A DNA stretch of 64,000 nucleotides, from NCBI GenBank assembly GCA_951406725.2, contig OX597825.1:44082001-44146000 (forward strand), written 5' to 3'. Position numbers and translations under genes: made by a program. Shown here in pieces: positions 57,266-64,000 of the stretch. The DNA comes from Octopus vulgaris (taxonomy: Eukaryota). The notes beneath the pieces are model-generated. The model made no database searches. It saw only the letters and a list, made by a program, of their open reading frames with translations, and was not told the DNA's origin. Numbering within the stretch: position 1 is the first letter of the stretch; every line of letters starts with the position of its first letter.

Positions 57266-57301
57266 CTTTTACGTTTCGAGCTTACGCTCTTCGACAGAAA
57301 G
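57266..57301 (-). ncRNA. Minimal HHR-like motif (A6>U, extra A)
   Basis: CTTT-CTGTCGA-A-GAGC GTAA GCTC-GAAAC-GT-A-AAAG. Confidence 0.55.
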
Positions 57302-57814
57302 GATTAAGAGGGAATAAAAGGAGAGGGAATGAAGTAAAAACGGGGAGAGAATGAAGAAAATTTCGGAGGGCGAAAAATTTTTTTTGTAGGAATTACTTTC
57401 AGAGAGGGGGAGATAAGGAAGAATGGTAACAACAGACTGAAGTGTGTGTGTGTGTGAGCTCGGGTGGAGGACATACATACACACATACATACCTCAGTTC
57501 ATCCATCCATACATAACATACATATATACATGCATACATACGTACATACATACATACACCAGTATTCAAATGTTTTCTGTTTTTAATGTGTTCTCAGTTC
57601 GTTAATCATTTGTTAATACTATCTTTGAATATTTAGTGTTTCTGCTGTCATTCACTTTTATTACTATTGAGCAGCAGCTACTATATACCAATAAGTTATT
57701 GTTTTTAAGTTTAGCATTTTCAAGACATGTATGTACATACGTACGTACGTATGTATGTATGTATGTATGTATGTATGTATGTATGTATGTATGTATGTAT
57801 GTATGTATGTATGT

Positions 57815-58352
57815 CAGGTCACTTTCGAGTGCTACTGGTAACATGTAACCCAGTACAACCTGTTGCATGGTCGGGTCGTCGGCGACTAAACCTGCAAGCT
57901 TGGTGAGGAGGGTGTTTATTGGACACCCTGCGGGATGAAAAACAAAACCCGTCAAAGGGCGGAGGAACTCTTGAGAGTCAACGGCCATCCAATAAATGTC
58001 TTAAGGCTGTATCATGTGCGGGGACATAGAAATAATCAGACTGAATACCTGATTGCGTGGTTAAACCATTGGGAGTGAAGGACTCCTAGCCTTTGTTAGG
58101 GCATCCTTCTAGGCGAAAGTAACTCAGGTAATTAGGATAACTCCGACATAAAACCTGCGGCTCAGTGGTTACCGATGATGTTGACTTGTTCTTCTTTTCG
58201 GATTATGGCTGCTGTTGCTTAGTGAGTGGGATTGACTCAGTGCAAAGCCTTTCCTCTCTTTAAAAAAAATCTTCTTGCACAGGCATTGCACGATAACAAC
58301 ATTGATTAAGCTTCGTGCAATGGCCATACTCGATAACGAGGGGGCAGCCACC
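57815..58352 (+). mobile_element. Second copy of the ~530 bp RTE-derived non-coding element
   Basis: Inverted homolog of 50754-51278; preceded by (GTAT)n. Confidence 0.65.
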
Positions 58353-58432
58353 ATGTGTGCATGCAAGTATATACAATTGCATATAGATATGTTACACATT
58401 CACGCACACAAACATATGAGCACATATGCGCG

Positions 58433-58472
<40 letters not shown>

Positions 58473-58484
58473 AAACACACGCAC

Positions 58485-58549
<65 letters not shown>

Positions 58550-58949
58550 TATTTTAGTACTAAGCAACTTCGTTGAATTCCTCACTGACGCAAGTAAAGT
58601 TACTTCCCTTAGACAATTTTTAAAAAAATTCTTCTTGATACGTTTAGCTTCGATGAAAGTATTTGATGTTTTGTATTAAGTGCCCGAGAGCAGGTGAAAC
58701 GAAGTGGAAATCGGCTTTAGATGCACGAAGAGAAGTTAATATGTCAGTTAACCGTCGAGGATTTGTATCAAGAACTACTATCATTATCTAACAGATTCGT
58801 TTGATAAAAATAATTTGTTCTGCACATTATCCGAGTACAGATCTTTAAAAAAAAATTCAGATTAAAAAATAAAAAGTTTTTGGTAGACCAAGTTACGAGT
58901 GACAACTTAGCCGGTGTGCTAACGATTCTGCCAGCTCGTCGTATTGATG

Positions 58950-59002
<53 letters not shown>

Positions 59003-60511
59003 CTATGAATAAATGGCAAAAATGGCAGACAGTGCTACAGCTCCAAACAAAAGAGGGACTCATGAAAACCAAAGCCATCCCCCATTAGAAGAGGAATATT
59101 CCAGGGAGAAACGCTCTCTCCACTCCTTTTCTGCTTGGCACTGTCACCTCTATCTGATATGCTAAATAGAACTGGATGCGGATACAAATGTTACGGCAAA
59201 ACGATCAGCCACCTTTTATATATGGATGACCTAAAACTATACGCTACAAATGACAAACAGCTGGAAACACTATTACAGACAGTTCATGGATTTACCAAAG
59301 AAATAGATATGAAATTTGGATTAGAAAAATGCGCCAAAGTAACCCTGAAAAGAAGAAAACTAGTTAAGAGTAGCAACATCACACTAGATAATGCCAATGA
59401 AATAAAAGAATTAGACCAAAGCCAAACTTACAAATATTTAGGAATCCATAAACTAGATAAGATACAACACACACAAATGAAAGAGAAAATAAAGAAAGAA
59501 TACTATAGAATAGTTAGATCAATACTAAAAACAGAGCTCAATGCTAAAAACAAGATAACAGGTATTAACACTTTAGCCGTCCCAGTTATAAGTTACAGCT
59601 ACAATATCCTTAACTGGACACTATATGAACTAACCAAACAAGAAAAATAATGACAGGATCTAGGATGCATCACCCAAAATCTGACATAGAAAGGCTATAT
59701 ATACAACGTATAGAAGGTGGTAGAGGGCTTATACAGCTGGAAAACTATTATAAAATAACCGCCACAGGACTGCAAAAATATCTACTCTAGAAGCAAGGAA
59801 AACTGATACAAATAGCGGCAAAACACGAGCAAAACAAAAAACTGTTCTCAGTATTTAAGAAATCATGCCACCTAACAAATATGAAGAAGAAGAAGAAGAA
59901 GAAGAAGAAGAAGAAGAAGAAGAAGAAGAAGAAGAAGAAGAAGAAGAAGAAGAAAAGCTATAAAACAAATGAAATCCAAACTAAAACTAGAACAACAACG
60001 GACCATGATAAAACGATGGCAAGAAAAGCTCCTCCATGGCAAATACTGGGCTAAATTAAACGCAAAAGAAATAGACAAAGCAAAATCCCAGCAACAGGCC
60101 AGATATAGTTGTCAGAGATCATGAAGAAAAAAATGTTTTCTAATTGATGTATCAACACCAGCAGATGACAACGTGTCTCTAAAAGAAATGGAGAAACTTT
60201 CAAAATACAAAGACCTGAAAATAGCGGTAACTAGAATGTGGAATCTAAAAACAGAAACAATTCCTATCATAGTAGGCGCATTAAGCATGATAAAAGAATA
60301 TTCAGACAAATACATAACAAAAACACCAGGACTTACAAACATATATAACATACAGAAAATTGCATTACTGGGCACTGCACACATCCTACGCAAAGCACTT
60401 TCAATACAGTAACCATCAGAGCATCGCAACAAATTACAGCACATACCCAAGGCACACAGGGCTGCGCTCGGTAATGAAGTGAAAGCACAGTATAAAAATA
60501 TAACTACTGAC
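59003..60511 (+). mobile_element. R4/Dong-clade non-LTR retrotransposon, truncated and internally deleted (RT plus restriction-like endonuclease)
   Basis: RRGIFQGETLSPLLF, HLLYMDDLKLYA, YKYLG, RPDIV..LIDV..KEMEKLSKY; (TAA)n on both sides. Confidence 0.88.
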
Positions 60512-60610
<99 letters not shown>

Positions 60611-61254
60611 CCCTGATGCAGTACCAGGCAGTGACTCTCATGGCTTCTGATCTTAACCGATTGGAAGTGCTATCATGTACATTGTTTTGTCTTGGTATAA
60701 AAGATGGGATACAGCAAATATTCTGCTCAATACCACATATTTACTTGTCAGTTGTTTGACCTTAACCAGTTGAGCATGTCCCTTAGTGGCTGACGATATG
60801 AGCATCTCTGATCACGAGCAGAAATAGTGGGGGAGCATCATAGCCATGTGTTGAGAGGATCTTTGTTATTTGATAAAAGCACACACATAGATCATAGCAA
60901 ACAAAATCCATCTGCCATAGGCGCCGTAATATGGGAATTCCCGCACCTATGACTTTTAATAAGCATGCTGGCTATTTGCGACATTAGTGTCTGAAAACAT
61001 GCTGGAATTCTATATATCATGACAGTGTGATTTGGCTAGCAGAAAGTGACCGGTGCTTCCAACTGAGGTGGTCCAATAGGCCGAAATCAGGTGAATAGGA
61101 ATGCCGGCGCTCATGACAAACAAATTTCGTTTGCTATGTTAATGTCCGTACTTTTATGCACCAAGCACTAATATGGGAGGATCTCTCAAGGTTAATAACG
61201 TAGTATTCGGTATTCTAACATAGCAACCATGTTAAGTTGAGTATGAAGATTACG

Positions 61255-61311
<57 letters not shown>

Positions 61312-61314
61312 TAT

Positions 61315-61660
61315 ATGAAGGATTCTATCGTCATGAATGACAAATGAGGGTTCCGTCAAATAGAGCTGTTGATGCTTTACAAACCTTTTGGCAAAAGGAA
61401 CAAGCTGACTCAGTTTGCTCGAGTGCTTGTGGATCATTTACTATGTGCTTCCTTGAGTGTACGGCAAGGCCTGCTCTGCTTCGTGCCACCAAACCACAAC
61501 GACAGGTAAGGTTTCCATTTAGAGGAGCAACGTTTTGAAAATGTACCTTCATGCTTGCAGGAAGTTTGTCTCGATGCTGGAGGCAACTTTGCTCAAATCT
61601 TTGAACTGTGGAGAAGTAGGACTGGTGCCATGTCCTGCATATTAGGGTATTACAGTATGC
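61315..61660 (-). mobile_element. RTE LINE 3' end with a C2H2-like remnant
   Basis: LTCRCGLVARSRAGLAVHSRKH...CSFCQKVC. Confidence 0.55.
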
Positions 61661-61734
61661 TTGATTATCAGTATATTACTCACTGCAAACCATTTAAAAG
61701 GTTTTGTTTCTCTCAGATCCCCCATGCTAAAACA

Positions 61735-62445
61735 GGAAATGAAAAGAAATACAGTCAATAATGCAATATGTACGGAACAACAATTTAGAAATTGCCAACT
61801 TTCTAAATGTTGCAAAACATTTCATTCACAAACTTCGGATAGAATTGGAAGCCTCTGCGTCAAAGATAAAACGAAAACAAAAAACAAAACAAATCAAAAA
61901 AAGAACATCGCAATTCATCCAACGGTTTCAAAACATTATCAATGAAGATCCCGCAAAATCAATGCGGGCCTTCGTCGATGAACTTCGGGTGTTAGCTTGG
62001 ACTGTCCGAACCTCGGAACAGGACATTCGATACAAGCCGTATGTACTGAGGAGAAGCCAGTTTATGTCCACAAAACCACAGGAAAATAGTTTGATCCGTC
62101 CCAAACGGTAACTAAACAAGGTTAGATATCACCACGAATACGATATACTTTGGTTCTTTCTATTGAGAAAATCATCGACGAAAAATAAAAGTGTCACAAC
62201 AGCAATGACCGATGGTTATGTACAATCTTTCCGATTATGAAACATCAAACATCCAACATTAAATATCAACATTTGGACCATTATTGAGAAGCAAATCAAC
62301 ACCCTGACAATATCATAGCTTCACTGAAGGGTGCCATTGTCCAGATGAAATTAAAAAATAAATAAGAACTATTTATTGCAAGCATATTAACGATTCCGAT
62401 CCTGCATAAAGCAGTCATCGAAGCTGAAGACAGATTCATAGGGAG
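61735..62445 (+). mobile_element. Decayed Tc1/mariner transposase
   Basis: EDPAKSMRA..DIRYKPYVLRRSQFMS; C-terminal AVIEAE. Confidence 0.7.
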
Positions 62446-63683
62446 GAAAAAATAAAAAAAAGATTAAGAAAGCTTAGCTAGAGCATGTGCACAAATTAGA
62501 GTTGTATCATTAAATTACCAAATATGTCCTTAAATACAACACGCGCACACGCACACACACTTTTCTGTTACTCAGAGTTTTACGTTCCCGTATTTTCGGA
62601 CAGCTGTGATCAGTACAGGAATAAAATTGTAATGGTACATGTAATATATGGCTTGAAATAATCCAATTTGACGAATAAACATTTGAATTTGACTGGCTGA
62701 CTTATTTTGAAAATAATAACGGTTCAGCTAGTCGGGATTATAAATTGAACAATAAAATATGAATATATCATATTATATAATATCGAAGAACCTTGAGTGA
62801 AGAAGGGAGCAATACCTGTCCAGATGAGATTTGTAACGGTTAAGATTGATTAGTAAACAATAGTATGAAATGCCGGAGTCAGCAGTTTTAACGATAGAAA
62901 TTTGTTGTTATAATCGCATACTGTAGGATGTGAAAGATGAACAATGCATGAAGTTTTAATGAAATATTTATTTACCGTTACGTTACAATATCTTGCCTCG
63001 ACGAGCAGGTTATGATAAATCCAAAAGCATGCGAAATAAAGTTAGATGCAGTAGAACGTTTCTTTACACAGTTTGCATATACAAATAGTTAGTAGTAAAC
63101 CAGAGATAGCGATAGAATGATGTTGTAAGAGAACAGAATTAGAGCTAGAGAAAATTGTAGGGTGTTGGACGTTGTCTCACAGTTGCTGACAGTAAACTTC
63201 ATTTCTTCCTCTGACCAATGTTCTAGCTGATCAGCCAGACTTTGTTGAGTCGTCACCCTGTGACTGGACTCGTTGAGTCGTTACCGACTATACTAACTGA
63301 TTTTTGCTTGGGGTGTGCTTGTTTATATAACTATCTAGAAGGATAGATATATTATTGAGAACAATAGATTTAGTTGGTGGTCTTATTATCTCTATCTTTT
63401 GGTGAAGTAAAAGAAGTTAGAAAGGGTCAATCGGTGAAGACATTATTTCGGCCTAGCTAAAGACATCTGGAAAATGTGTAGGGGGATTTGGAGAAAATGT
63501 TAGCCCAATATAAAGTAGGTCATGTAATTATTAGAGGGGAGAGTCAGTATTCAAAACACACACAGGATGCACACATTTACGTATAAACACACACACACAG
63601 ACTTGCACACACTCACATATTCATCTCGGACGAATCCCAACGCTGGAACATAAGTTCAAAAGTAATGGAAGTTGAGCGACATG

Positions 63684-63725
63684 TCACTGAAGAGATTGCA
63701 AAAATGCGATGAAATAATTATTTGA
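63684..63725 (+). ncRNA. Type I hammerhead ribozyme
   Basis: TCA-CTGAAGA-G-ATTGCA AAAA TGCGAT-GAA-ATAATTAT-T-TGA. Confidence 0.65.
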
Positions 63726-64000
63726 AAAAAAAACACACATACACACAAAAAAACAAAGAAATAATAACACACGAAAAATGCTGAACAATAACAATAAGGG
63801 ACCGAACCAGTGCATCTGTTTATTATTACCGGCATAATACCCCTCCCAAGGTTCAATATATATATATGTATATATATATGTTAGTACATACATACACGCA
63901 TATACACATATGCTTATGTATGTATATCGGCATGTGTATATGCATGTATGAATGTATGTATAATGTATGTATACACACGCATACAGAGATAATGGGAACG

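Noticed and set aside
61057-61101. CTGAGGT-GGTC..GGCC-GAAA motif
   Set aside because: A9 and U16.1 are both altered; at best a dead HHR.
62922-63530. LTR-like segment beginning TGTAGG
   Set aside because: No clear CA end or TSD.

Overview
This is eukaryotic, AT-rich, repeat-dominated DNA. The microsatellite load and SINE/LINE types suggest a coleoid cephalopod, probably Octopus (inference). Most ORFs in the track are microsatellite artefacts. Recognisable content: huge (TA)n/(TATG)n tracts; decayed CR1/L2-group, RTE and R4/Dong LINEs; two Penelope-like (PLE) GIY-YIG remnants; tRNA-derived SINEs; two non-autonomous Helitrons; Tc1/mariner and Tigger remnants; a probable solo LTR; and one candidate host exon (10143-10426). 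The main signal is about 18 type I hammerhead ribozyme (HHR) motifs, folded by eye, from at least 10 different short non-coding repeat families. Most sit in TA microsatellites, nearly all have a short, usually palindromic stem III, and many lie in head-to-head inverted duplications. One HHR is physically tied to a PLE GIY-YIG ORF, one pair is in tandem 524 nt apart (retrozyme-like), one has an apparent G3:C8 core swap, and one lies downstream of a tRNA-derived Pol III head. Together they point to a diverse set of HHR-bearing, PLE-mobilised non-autonomous retroelements. Coordinates were read manually and may be off by a few bases.
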